Source: Octopus sinensis
Lineage: Eukaryota
Direction: 5' to 3'
DNA length: 64,000 bases
Assembly (NCBI RefSeq): GCF_006345805.1
Contig: NC_042998.1
Coordinates: 155,558,001 to 155,622,000, forward strand
Within the stretch, counting starts at the first letter, position 1; each line of letters begins with the position of its first letter. A program made the position numbers and the translations under genes. This document shows positions 23,933 to 36,163 of the stretch, piece after piece. Under the pieces are notes generated by a model, which saw nothing but the letters and a program-made list of their open reading frames with translations, was not told the DNA's origin and made no database searches.

Positions 23933-24548
23933 TCATCATCATCATCGTCGTCGTTTAACGTCCGTTCTCCATGCTAGCATGGGTTGGACGGTTCGACCGG
24001 GGATCTGGGAAGCCAGAAGGTTGCACCAGGCAGTCTTATCTGGCAGTGTTTCTACAGCTGGATGCCCTTCCTAACGCCAACCACTCCGTGAGTGTAGTGG
24101 GTGCTTTTTACGTGCCACCTGCACAGGTGCCAGGCGAGGCTGGCAACGGCCACGGTCGGATTGGTGTATTTTATGTGCCACCGGCACGGAAGCCAGACGA
24201 GGCGGTGCTGGCATCGGCCACGAGTCGGATGGTGCTTTTTACGTACCACCAGACCAGGGATCCTGGCTGGTTCAATTCGATTTCGATTTCGCTTGCCCCA
24301 ACATGTCTTCGCAAGCAAGGGGGTTGGCATGGGTGCCTGTTGTACGGTCAGATTGGTGTATTTTACGTGCCACCGGCACGGAAGCCAGTGGAGGCGGCGC
24401 TGGCATCGGCCACGAGTCGGATAGTGCCTTTTACGTACCACCAGACCAGGGAACCTGGCTGGTTCAATTCGATTTCGCTTGCCCCAACATGTCTTCGCAA
24501 GCAAGGGGGTTGGCATGGGTGCCTGTCGTACGGTCAGATTGGTGTCAT
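23933..24548 (-). mobile_element. RTE 3' UTR fragment with internal ~190-bp tandem duplication
   Basis: (CAT)n tail at 23933 and the conserved terminal block; the unit at 24157-24350 is repeated at 24351-24545. Confidence 0.88.
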
Positions 24549-25420
24549 ATATGTATGTATGTATGTACATATACATGCATGTATACAAATATACATGTAT
24601 ATACATATACACACATTTACGTATATACACACATGATGGTTGTCTGCTCCATACTTAGAAACCACCTCAATGTACATGGTGCTCAATTCTGGTATGAGAT
24701 CTCATGTTGCTTTTTAGACTGGATATACTTTTAAAGGCACCCACATAAATTTCACACTAGTTTTATTGCATCTGTCTGGGTTTTGATGAATCTTGCAATA
24801 TTTCTTCAGACCATCTTAACATTTGCAGATTTTGTGGCATATAAATGTAAACTGATAGGTGTGTTCTATAATCAGTAAGAAGTGCAATGTGAGATTTTAG
24901 TCCTAACTGTACAAGCAGAAAAAGTTCCAAGTTCATATTCCGTTACTGGCTTTTTTTTCTTCTTATTTTCCTCTTAATGTCTTAATTAGCCCATTTTGCT
25001 CAAAAGTTTTCAAACCATTCCATATTTTTGAACACCAAGTGTACAATCTGCTGCAAGACTGTCCAGGCTTTTGAGATTAATTCCTACATTTTTCAAGCTT
25101 TCAACACATCCGTGAACCCTTTCTTTAACTAATAATGTTTCCTTTTTCCCTGAATAAGTTATCCATAAAACAGTTGCTTAGAGATAGACTCATCAATCAT
25201 GCAGACAATATGCCCATACTATCACAACTGATTTTTTAAAATTATAGTCTGGATTGAACGTATACAAAACGTAGCTCAAACATCAGACTTGTGGGTAAAT
25301 GGATTACATTTTATTTTCAGAATACAGTAGGCATTTTTCATAGAATCATTCCAGATGTTCAATGTGATGTTTGTAACATATCCAAGTTTTAGAAGAGAGG
25401 ATAACACAAAGGATTTATAA

Positions 25421-25743
25421 ACATGGCTCTGTGGTAAGGAGCTTGCTTTCCAACCACATGGTTGTGTGTTCAGTCCCATTGTGTGGCACCGTTGGCAAGC
25501 GTCTTCTACTATAGCTACAGGCTAACCAAAGCCTTGTGAGTGGATTTGATAGACAGAAACTGAAAAAAGCCCATCGTGTGTGTGTGTTTGTGTGTTTACG
25601 TCCCCGTAACTTAGCCATTCAGCAAAAGTGACCGATAGAATAAGTACTAGGCTTACAAAGAATAAATCCTGGAGTCGATTTCTTCGACTAAAGACAGTTC
25701 TCCAGCATGGCCGCAGTCAAATAAGCGAAACAAATAAAAGAAT
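25421..25743 (+). mobile_element. tRNA-type SINE
   Basis: Same head, body and tail as 14121-14481. Confidence 0.88.
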
Positions 25744-26032
25744 ATCTTTATGACCAGACCCAAGATTCTAAACTATCCTAAGGAATTTGTTGCCTTTTGA
25801 ATCCTTAGAGATGTTTCTGAATCCAATGTTCTATCCTTATTCACTGCACTCCCAAGGTATATGAAGTACTCAACAACCTTAAGATCATGTTTCCCATATA
25901 TTTTTGGTTGTTGCACAACTTAACCAGGTGGAGGTTTTCTTTAAATTTATAGTCAAAACAAAGACATGAAATCAAATCAAATGCAGAAACACATCGCTCA
26001 CAATCTATGCTCTGTATGATGAACAAGGTTAT

Positions 26033-28933
26033 CATCATCATCGTTTATCTGTTTTCCATGCTAGCATGGGTTGGATGGTTCTACTGGGGTCTGGGAAGCC
26101 ATGAGGCTACACCAGGCTCCAGTCTGATCTGGCTGTGTTTCTACAGCTGGATGCCCTTCCTAACGCCAACCACTCCGTGAGTGTAGTGGGTGCTTTTTAC
26201 GTGCCAGAGGAGGCTGGCAACAGCCACGACTGGTTGGTGCTTTTTATGTGCCATCAGCATGGAAGCCAGTCAAGGCAGCGCTGGCATTGGCCAAGTTTGG
26301 ATGGTGCTTTTTACGTGCCACTGGCACAGGTATCACAACTATAATTTCCATTTGATTTTCATTTTGATGTTGATGTACTTGACTCAATAGGTCTCCTGAA
26401 GCATAGCAGGTCGCCCTACGATCCAAGGTACTTTTGAATGGGCTGGGGCTGGTTATGCGAAACTGGTGTAGGATACAGCCGTGCACTCACTTTATTTGCC
26501 GGGTCTCCGCAGTCACAGCATATCTCCAGAGATCTTGGTCTTTCGTCATTGCCTCTGTGAGGCCCAACGTTCGAAGGTCATGCTTGACTACCTCATCCCA
26601 TGTCTTCCTCTACTCCAGATTCCTTCAACTGTTTGAGAGCGGCACTTCTTCACACATCTCTCCTCATCCATCCATAGTACATGACTATACCAGCACAAAC
26701 GTCTCTCTTGCATGCCACGTCCTATGCTTCTTATGTCCAGCATTTCTCTCAGGGCACTTACACTCTGTCATGTGTGCACACTGACATTACACATCCAGCA
26801 GATCATGCTAGCTTCATTTCTTTTGAGCCTATGCATATCCTCCGCAGTCACAGCCCATGTTTCACTGCCATGAAGCATGGCAGTTTGCACACATGCATCA
26901 TACCATCTACCTTTTACTCTGAGCGAGAGACCCTTTGTCACCATTAGGGGCAGAAGCTTTCTAAACTTTGCCCAGGCTATTCTTATTCTAGTAGTAATAT
27001 TCTCTGAGCACCCAACCCCACTACTAACTAGGTCACCTAGGTAGTGGAAACTATCAACTACTTCTAGCTTCTTCCCCTAGAGTGTGATGGAATCTGTTTT
27101 CTGAGTATCTGTGATATTTATTGCCCCTGTGCATCTGCTGCACACGAAAGCTAATCTTCTTTTGACGTTACTGCACCTCTTGTGTCCAAAGCTTACACTG
27201 GGTACATCTTATGGAGTTTCTACCTACACCTTTTCTACACATCGAGCAGGGTCACCTACATGAGTGGGGGTGTGATGTGTTCGCCTTCCTACTTACTAGA
27301 ACTTTGGTCTTTGCCTCATTGACTCTAAGGCCTTTCGATTCTAAACCTTACTTCCACACCCAAAATTTCTTTTCTAGTTCTGGTAATGATTCTGCTATGA
27401 GGTCATCAGCATAGAAGAGCTCCCAGAGGCAACCCGTCTTGAATTCCTCTGTTACTGCCTGGAGGACTATGATGAATAAAAGGGGACTGAGGGCTGAACC
27501 TTGGTGGACCCCTACTTCTACCCAGAATTCTTCACTATACTTATTGCCAATCCTAACCTTACTAACCTCTCTGTATAGGGTCTGTACAGCCCTTATTAAC
27601 CATTCATCAATCCCCAGTTTCCACATTGCCCACCAGATAAGGGATCGGGGGACCGTGTCAAAGGCTTTCTCAAAGTCCACAAAAGCTAAGTATAGAGGTT
27701 TATCTTTAGCTAGGTATTTCTCCTGCAGTTGTTGAACCAAGAATATGGCATCAATGGTGCTTCTACCTGGCACAAAACCAAACTGCATCTCATCTAAGCA
27801 AACTCTCTCCCTAATGAGAGACCTTCATCACCTGATCCAGCAGTTTCATACCCCTGTAGTTATTTCTATCACCTTTACCCTTGTAGCAGTTGACTATGGT
27901 GTGGCTACACCAGTCATTGAGTATGACTCCATCATGAACTACCTGGTTTATAATGCAGGTGACTAGGCCATAGCCCCCACCACCAGATGTTTTAAGCATC
28001 TTGGCAGTGATTCCTGATGGGCCAGGGGCTTTTCCTGGCTTTATATCCTTAATTGATTTATCTACAAGGGAGCTCTCTATTTGGATAGCTGGTCCCTCTC
28101 CTGGGTTAAAATTTGGCAAGCTCTCCTCCTCCCATTCATTCTCCATGTTCAGCAGTCTTTCATAATATCTTCAAGCCTCTTTCTTTTCCGAATCATTAAA
28201 AACAAGTGCACCATCATCCATGCAGACACATTCCTCTCCTGTGACATCATAATTTTCTCTCACACACTATCTTGCAATCCAAAATATCTCAGTTCTTTGG
28301 TCCTCACGTCGCTGGACATTGACAAACTTCTTTTCTGCTTCCCCCTTGGCTATGTATACCTGCCGCCCAGCCTCCCTTTTGGTTACCTGGTACAGTTCCC
28401 TGCTACCCCCACCCTTCCAAGCCTGTTTCTTTGCTCTAATGACTGTCTACCGTACTATTCCACCACCACCACCACCACCACGTAACTCTAAGTCTGGAAG
28501 TGACTTTGCACCATCCACAGACTTGGTCTATGGCACTTAGCAAGCTGTCCTGTAGGAATTTCCAGCTACCTTCTATGTCTGATGTCTGTAGCTCCTCCTC
28601 CCTCTCATCAAATTTCTCAAGGAGGATGTCCCTAAATCTCTAACCATGTGAAGGGTTCTTTAGCTTCCAAATCCTTTTTTGGATTGGTCTGCTTCTTGGT
28701 ATCCTTCTGGCCTCAAGCCTAAAGTCACTAATGACTAACCTATGCTGGGGGGTACATTTTTCACCTGGGAGGGTCTTTGTATACAAGAGCAACCCTGCAT
28801 CCCACTGTCTGGTGAGGATGAAATCAATCTGACTCGCAGAGTCACCTGATTGATAGGTGGTTGTCTGGTTTCCTGAAATTAGTGTTGCATGCATCACAGA
28901 ACTCCAGTAGCCTAGTTCCCTTGTCATCAACAT
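26033..28933 (-). mobile_element. RTE-clade LINE, 5'-truncated, degenerate
   Basis: QFGFVPGRSTIDAIF, VHQGSALSPLLF, FYADDL, KAPGPSGIT and TPQHRLV, plus the same 3' UTR and tail as 6354. Confidence 0.9.
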
Positions 28934-28989
28934 AAAATAGATTTATCATTAATGAAATTGATACTTTACTCTTAAACTTCATCCTTGCT

Positions 28990-29760
28990 AAATTAAAGCC
29001 AATTCTTGTGGTACAATATTTTATATCCTCATATTTTTATTTTGGAGAACATGATAGAGCATGCCAACAAAATATAGAGTATGTGTATCAAGGTCTCCCG
29101 GTTTCACACCACTCTCCACTGCAAAAAAGTTCAGTGAATGTACCTCCAAAGTACCTCTGGCTTTCATGCATTTATGAAGAGCATTCAATATATTTACAAA
29201 CATTTGAGGGCAACCAAATTTAAACAAAACTAGCCATAAGGTATTCCTTTTAACAGTACCAAATACTTAGATCAACAAAACAATGGTTAAGAGCTAGGTT
29301 CAATACATTCTTCTTGTAGTTATCTTTGAAGCTCATATCATTAGTGTCTCTTTCTGCATGAAAACCACATTGTGACTCTAGGGACAATTAACTTAAGCCA
29401 CTCCAACAGGATATACATACCAGAACCTTACTGACAACAGACAATAGGGAAATGCCCCTAATATTATGACATTCGTCCTTGGCACCAGATTTGAAAAGGA
29501 GGAAATGACAGCATCAATCTAGTTTTGCAATACCGCCTCTTCACTCCAACAATGGGATATGCATGTGAAAGTTCTACCATTTTCTCACATCCATGCTTGA
29601 GAAACTTAGTATTAATAGCATCCAGGTTAGGAGATTTATTATCTAATTTTTGTTCAGCAAAAGCAATGTCATTTCCAGTTGGATCTAATGCCATTGCATC
29701 TAACTTTCCATTGATTCAATAACATTTATGTCAACATTAGAGGGTCTGTCAAGGAGCTCA
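28990..29760 (-). mobile_element. Old RTE/BovB-like RT remnant
   Basis: KFGCPQMFVNILNALH.CMKAR..FAVESGVK.G; upstream KSP.LDAI..FLKHG. Probably extends toward ~30.6 kb. Confidence 0.65.
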
Positions 29761-30861
29761 GAGAAGTGTTCTACCCAATGATTGAATGAAAACAGTCAAG
29801 AGTGACTGACTATCTGCAGGAGCTACTGAAGAAAATCACAAGCTATAGACTTCTTTAAAGAGAAAAATGCCTTAGTAACCTTGCTATACACTGCCTTTAT
29901 GTGTTTGCGCGTTCCTTTGTTTATTTTTCATTTTACTGAGCATAATGTAAAATTTAACAAAAACTATGCTTTTACTTTGCAGAGAAGTCTTCCATTTTGC
30001 AAATGCCTTCACATTTGAGAAACATATAGAGTTCTCAAACTCTTCAGGTTGAATATGTAAATTTGGGCATGTATACAGAGAACGATGTTTTGCTAATAAG
30101 TTTAGAATACAGCTGAATTATATACAGAATTATCTCCTGTATTTTCTTAAAACTTGAAAGTTCACTAGCTCATTTTTCAAATTTCTTCACCGTTAAATTT
30201 TTTAATGGCCCTGGATCTAAATATGTTAACACATTATTCCCCAACATACTTCCAATGCTAACCAAAGGCACAGCCAATATATTTCTGTTAAATGTTATCT
30301 AATTACCCAGTACTTTTATTCTAGTGGAGGGTGGGCACAAAATTAGTAACCGGAGTAAAATAAATAATTTTTCATTTCTTCCCTACATGTTTAAAATCAT
30401 TACATTGCAAGAATTACATCAGCATAGCTGTTGAAGTTGAGAGAGTCAGAAATATAAGTCAAGTGACAGGTACTGTTTCTTCAAGAAATTTTTCCTCGAA
30501 TTTGACTTGCTTGTAATTGAAGTTGCTAATAAGATATCTGGATAATTTTTGGTTTTTAACCATCAATATTCTTTTCTCTATTGGATTCCAACACTAATGT
30601 CTAGTTTGATAATTTTCAAGTTTTAAAAAAAATGTCTAAAATGGGGTAAAACAAGCAATGACTAATTTCAACAATTTCTTCTCTTTAACTGCAAATATCA
30701 TGGAGATATTCCAGCAGGTCATTATAAGGCTATAGAGAATATTTTATGATGAGTATTCTCTAATTAGAGAACTGTGATAATTTTCTGAAATAGTGATCAG
30801 ATCAAGTTATGTTTTTAATGCTCTTAGAGAAGATCATTTGCTTAGCTAATATAGTTTTTGT

Positions 30862-30963
30862 GGCAGAGGTAAAGAATACAGATACCACCAGTTTTTGGCA
30901 TAACAAAAACCTTAACCTTAAAACCTAACCCTAGACAAGGCGTGTGTATTCTTTACTTTCGCC
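30862..30963. mobile_element. 102-bp MITE with 19-bp TIR and 9-bp TSD (Merlin- or MULE-type)
   Basis: GGCAGAGGTAAAGAATACA ... TGTATTCTTTACTTTCGCC, flanked by AGTTTTTGT at 30853-30861 and 30964-30972. Confidence 0.85.
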
Positions 30964-32099
30964 AGTTTTTGTAAGGTAGTTGAACATTTATAAAAAAAAT
31001 ATATTTTGTCTCAAAGTCAAAAATGCAGTAAAAACACCTCATTGTACCCCACCACCCCTATATTATTACATCATCTAATATTTTGTAATTTTTAAATTTA
31101 TTTTTTGCATTTTGGCACTTATGATCTTGACCTATTCAACCGTTTATCTTCTTTATCTTGTTTTGCTCTATTCCCTCTGCCATTTTAGAGGATGTCGTAT
31201 GTGCGTGACTCTTTAAACTTTTTTGACAGCACTCTGTAAAGTTTTGCCACTTTTCTTTTCTTTTCCTCTCTCTCTCTTTTTCTTCCCCCACTAATCTTGT
31301 ATATTCGTTGCTCTTTCTCTCCCAATCACCAGCAGCTGACGATTGGTGGAGTTGCCACCACTTTAACATATCCATTCTTGGTGGCAGAGGCATGCGTCAA
31401 ACATTTAAGAGACCAGCTTGGTGGAGCGACTATGCAACAATAGCTCAACCTCTGACCTCTCGTTCTCCACCAACTTCGGCACGCTCAAGAGAAGATAACC
31501 TCTCCATCACAGGTTCTGAACAGAATTAACCCTGCCAACCCCACCACTCCAACAACTTTTAACCTTCCCCCCCCAACCTTCATTCTAGTCCCACTGATGG
31601 AAACGGAATTAACTCTGCCAACCTCACTATTCCTACAACTTTTAACACTTCCCTGCACCACCCAACCTCCATTCTAGTCCCACCTTTGGAACCAATGCTG
31701 CTTATCCTGCCTCCTCTGCTAACTCCTTCAATTGAGTTCCACTGCTAGCCTTCTACTGTCAGTCTATGGTAGTTCACCATCTGACTGTGCTCTCTGAGCT
31801 TGCACTGGCCGATACTTAAAGATAATTATCACCTGTGCCACCAAAATTACAACAGAAGTTGTGTCCACCTCACCAAGGCTCAAGCTGAAAGTCTTCCATA
31901 CTGTACCTGCAATCAGTGCCACTTCAGCTCTGATGCACTCTGTGGAAACGCCTCACACTCCGACAACCAGCTTTCTACTGCAGCTCTCAGGAGTTTATCC
32001 AAATAGAAGCTCATTAATTGGATCCCTAAGGGAGCTCAGAATAGATTTGCTTGTGCACTCACCAGCTTGTTTAAAAAAGTATGTTTATCGAACAATACA

Positions 32100-33900
32100 T
32101 CCAACTGGCAGAAAATGTTTCTGTTCCCTTGCATCTCTCTCCACGTGCACGATGTAAAATCGAGCTTCCTTACATCCTCTCTCAAGCAAAAGTTCCAGTT
32201 ATTTGAGTCTACCTCGACTACTTCTCACCTCAATTTGACATTGAGCATGGTGCCTACCGGCAGGCAATCAATAAACCTCAAGCATGCAGTCAATGCTAAA
32301 TTCAGCGAATTTGACATAAAAGGGTCTGTGTCTCCTCTCTTCTCAATCCTACCTCGTTCCATGTAACTCTGAGTCACTTAGACGTCTGAAAGAGAAGCAC
32401 CTACCAGTACCCCTAGATAATCAACTAAACTGGCCCAATCACCCAGAATACTTGAGACCGGTCTTTACCTCTGATAACATCAGAAAGGTGATTTCATCCT
32501 TCCCTGCTGGTTCAGGTGTGGGAATTGATGGCCCTTGGCTTCATCACCTCAAGGATGGTATCTCCTTATAGGCTTGTATCTCCTTATAGGTGATGTTGGA
32601 CTTGAGCTCTTAGAGAATTTGACTCAGTTTGTGAACCAGTTCTCTTCAGGGAACGTCATCCGCTTTACCTGTTCACTATTCTTCAGAGCAAAATTATTTG
32701 GCCTCATTAAACAGAATGGAGACCTGCACCCCATTGCGATCGGCTGCACCCTATGCCATCTCACTGCAAAGGTGCGCTTACAATCGGTCTCTAGCTTATT
32801 GGAGGAGGCATTTCCCCCCACCCAGCTAGGAGTGGGTACCAAAATGGAATGTGAAGCTGCTGCCTACACTAGCAAAGCCTATGCCAACTTGTCCTCCTTG
32901 TCACCCAAGGTCATCCTCAAACTTGACCTTAAGAATGCCTCCAATTCCATGAGCTGTGATGCTGTCCTCAGCTCAGTAAGAGAGAAGGTCCCAAACTCTA
33001 CCGCCTTGCATGGAGGCTTCTCGGGACCAAATCATCACCTCCACTTCAGGAGTCCAACAGGGCAACCACTCAGGCCCACTGTTTGCACAGGGCATTGATG
33101 ACATCACCAAGATGGAAGTTGAGCTAGACCTCAACACCTGGTATCTCGACAATGCTTGTTTGGGAGGAACTCTGGACAGGGTTCTCACCATTGCAAACAT
33201 GATGGTTGGGGAGCTTGGTCATCGGAGTCTCCAAGTAAACAGCTCCAAATATGAACCCTGGATCATCAACCACCCGGATTCTCAACATCAATCAACTATT
33301 GACCTTTTTGCAGAGTCCTTCCCTTCCATTGCAATCCCTCTCCTATCGGCTTGGTGCTCCTTAGGAGCCTCAATCACTGACCTTGGCTTTGAGTCCATCT
33401 TCTAGTCGAAGGTGGCTGCCCTTGAGCAATTGCTGAAAATAGTGAAGTTATCGAACGCCATTGAGGTTTTTTCATACTTAGGAATTACCTCACAATCCCT
33501 AAGCTTTATATTTGCTCAGAATCAGCTCATTTTACCAATTCCCATCATGCCTCCAACGCTTCAACAACCTAATTTTTGGAGACTTGAATGCTTGGTCAAT
33601 GTCAGACTCTCTCCAATATCCCACGATCATAATGCATTGCTCAAGTGATTTGGAAGTCTTGGTCTTTGTAAGTGTTCGTCCCTCTTTCTCCCACTTCCTT
33701 TCCTCTACCCTGGTGAGCAACATCCTCTCCTCTCCAAAATGGACCAGTTCCAACAAGGAGTTGGATGAAGCTCTCCAACACTGAAGGGAATTGGGTTTGT
33801 CTGCTCCCAAGAACAAAGGCCACCTTCGATTCCCTCTTTATCCAATCGGACCAGTTTCCAAGGCACCGCTTACTGTCTGCTAGTGCCACCATCACCCATG
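32100..33900 (+). mobile_element. CRE-clade-like non-LTR retrotransposon remnant
   Basis: SFPAGSG.GIDG, NLTQFVN, LFGLIKQNGDLHPIAIGCTL, QLGVGTKMECEAA, KLDLKNA.NS, SGVQQGN.SGPLF, TWYLDN..LGG. Confidence 0.8.
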
Positions 33901-33992
33901 GCAAAACTGCAAGTGTGCCTCAATAGCCATTAGAGAGGTTTCCCAGCACCCCCAACTTTTCAAACCAGGGTGATGAATTGTTGGTAAATCAA

Positions 33993-36163
33993 GTACCCTG
34001 ACCTCCTAATACGCTGCAAACTCCTTATTTTTGTTCAGAAAAAAAAGGTGGGGTACCAGACCCTCCCTCCTATATCCCGGAATCGTTGGAAATTTTTTCT
34101 TTTCAGTGAATGAATTCCAGTGACCTCCTAATATGCTACAAAACCCTTTTTATTGGGTCCAGAAAACAAGGTGGATGAGGTGGAAGCCTCGGAATTTTCA
34201 CCCACCCCACCCCACTGATCTTTTCACCCACACGATTTTCACTAAGAAAAAAAACTGATTTTTTGCATGGAATCAGGTACCCTGACCTCCTAATATGCCG
34301 CAAAACCTTTTTTGGGGTCCAGAAAACAGGGTGGGATGGAACCCTCAGAAATTTCAACCTCATTTCCAAATATTTTTTCTATTTTTTTCTTTACCCATAA
34401 TTTTAGTTAACATTTTGCAGAAATACATTTTCAAGAGTGTGGATTACATTAGATTGAAAACTCAAAGAAATTTGAAATGAATAGGTGAAATGCAGAGGTT
34501 ATAGAAGTTAGTTGGTAATGAAGTGTGTGGAGAGATAACAAACGATAAATTCATCTAAAACAAAAAAAAAACAGTTTTTGCATATATGTGTGTGAAACGA
34601 AGTAAAAGTAACAAAATATCTTTTTCCTACCTCTTAAAATCACTGGATATAATATATATAATAATCTCGAACAGATTTTCCCATGGCAATTTTTGGCACC
34701 GAAATGTGTCCATTTTTGCTTGGGGTGAGAGAGAAAGAAAGAGTGAGTGAGTGGGTAACAAAGTTTACCTAAACATTGAATGGATAACAATCATAATTAT
34801 ATATATCATTATACATCATCATCATTTAACGTCTGCTTTCCATGCTGGCATGGGTTGGACGGTCTGACTGAGACTCCAGTCTGTTCTGGCAAGGTTTCTA
34901 CAGCTTGATGCCCTTCCTAACGCCAACCACTGACTGGCACAGGAACCAGTCAGATGGCACTGGTGCAGCCAATACCGGTGCCAGTGCCACATAAGTACAA
35001 TTCAAGCGTGATCAATGTCAGTGCCATCTGACTGGCCCCTGTAACAGTTACACTTGAAAAGCACCCACTACACTCTCGAAGTGGTTGGCATTAGGAAGGG
35101 CATCCAGCTGTAGAAATCTTGCCAGAACAGACTGGAGTCTCATTGCAGCCTCCTGGCTTACCAGTCCTCAATCAAACCGTCCAACCCATGCCAGCATGGA
35201 AAGCAGACGTTAAACGATGATGATGTATAATGATATATATAATTATGATTGTTACCCTTTCAATGTTTAGGTAAACTTCGTCACCCACTCACTCTTTTTT
35301 CTCTCTCCCACCCCACACAAAAATGAAACACATTTCGGCGCCAAAAATTGCCATGGGAAAAATCTATTCAGGATTATTATATATATTATAACCAGTAGGT
35401 TATAAGGTTATAAGAGGTAGGAAAAAGATATTATGTTACTTTTACTTCGTTTCACACATACAAGCAAAAACTCTAACGTGTTTTTTTTTTTTGGATGAAT
35501 TTATCGTTTGTTATCTCTCCACACATTTCGTTACCAAATAACTTCTGTAACCTCTGCATTTTCACTTATTCATTTCAAACTTCTTTGAGTTTTCAATCTA
35601 ATGTAATCCACACTCTCTCGAAAACGTATTTCTGCAAAATGTTATCTAAAATTATGGGTAAAGAAAGAAATAGCAAAAAACATTTGAAAATTAGGTTGGG
35701 GGTGAAATTTCCGAGGGTTCCACCCCATCCCACCCTGTTTTCCGGACCCCAAAAAAGGTTTTGCAGCATATTAGGTCACCGGAATTCAGTCAACAAAAAA
35801 AAATTTCCAATGATTTCAGGATATGGGGGGGGGGTTCGGTCCCCCCGTCCTTTTTTTTTATTTTTCCTAACAAAAATAAGGGGTTTACAGCATATTAGGA
35901 GATCAGGGTACTTGATTCCATGCAAAAAATCCGAGTTTTTTTTCTTTTTTTCTTAGTGAAAGGGTGGAGGTGAAATTTTCAAGGCTTCCACCTCACCCCA
36001 CCCCGTTTTCCGGACCCAAAAAAGGATTTTGTAGCATATTATGTCACCGGAATTCATTAAACGAAAAAAAAAATTCCAATGATTCCGGGATATAGTGGGG
36101 GTCCCAGCCACCCACTTTTTCCGAGCACAAATAAGGATTTTGCAGCATATTAGGTCAGGGTAC
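33993..36163. repeat. ~2.2-kb imperfect palindrome (fold-back duplication)
   Basis: 33993-34962 is the reverse complement of 35019-36163 with indels; 56-bp spacer at 34963-35018. Confidence 0.93.
34813..35225. mobile_element. RTE 3' tail present in both orientations at the palindrome centre
   Basis: CATCATCATCATTTAACGTCTGCTTTCCATGCTGGCATGGGTTGG at 34816 and its reverse complement ending ~35225, with the same flanking junction. Confidence 0.9.
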
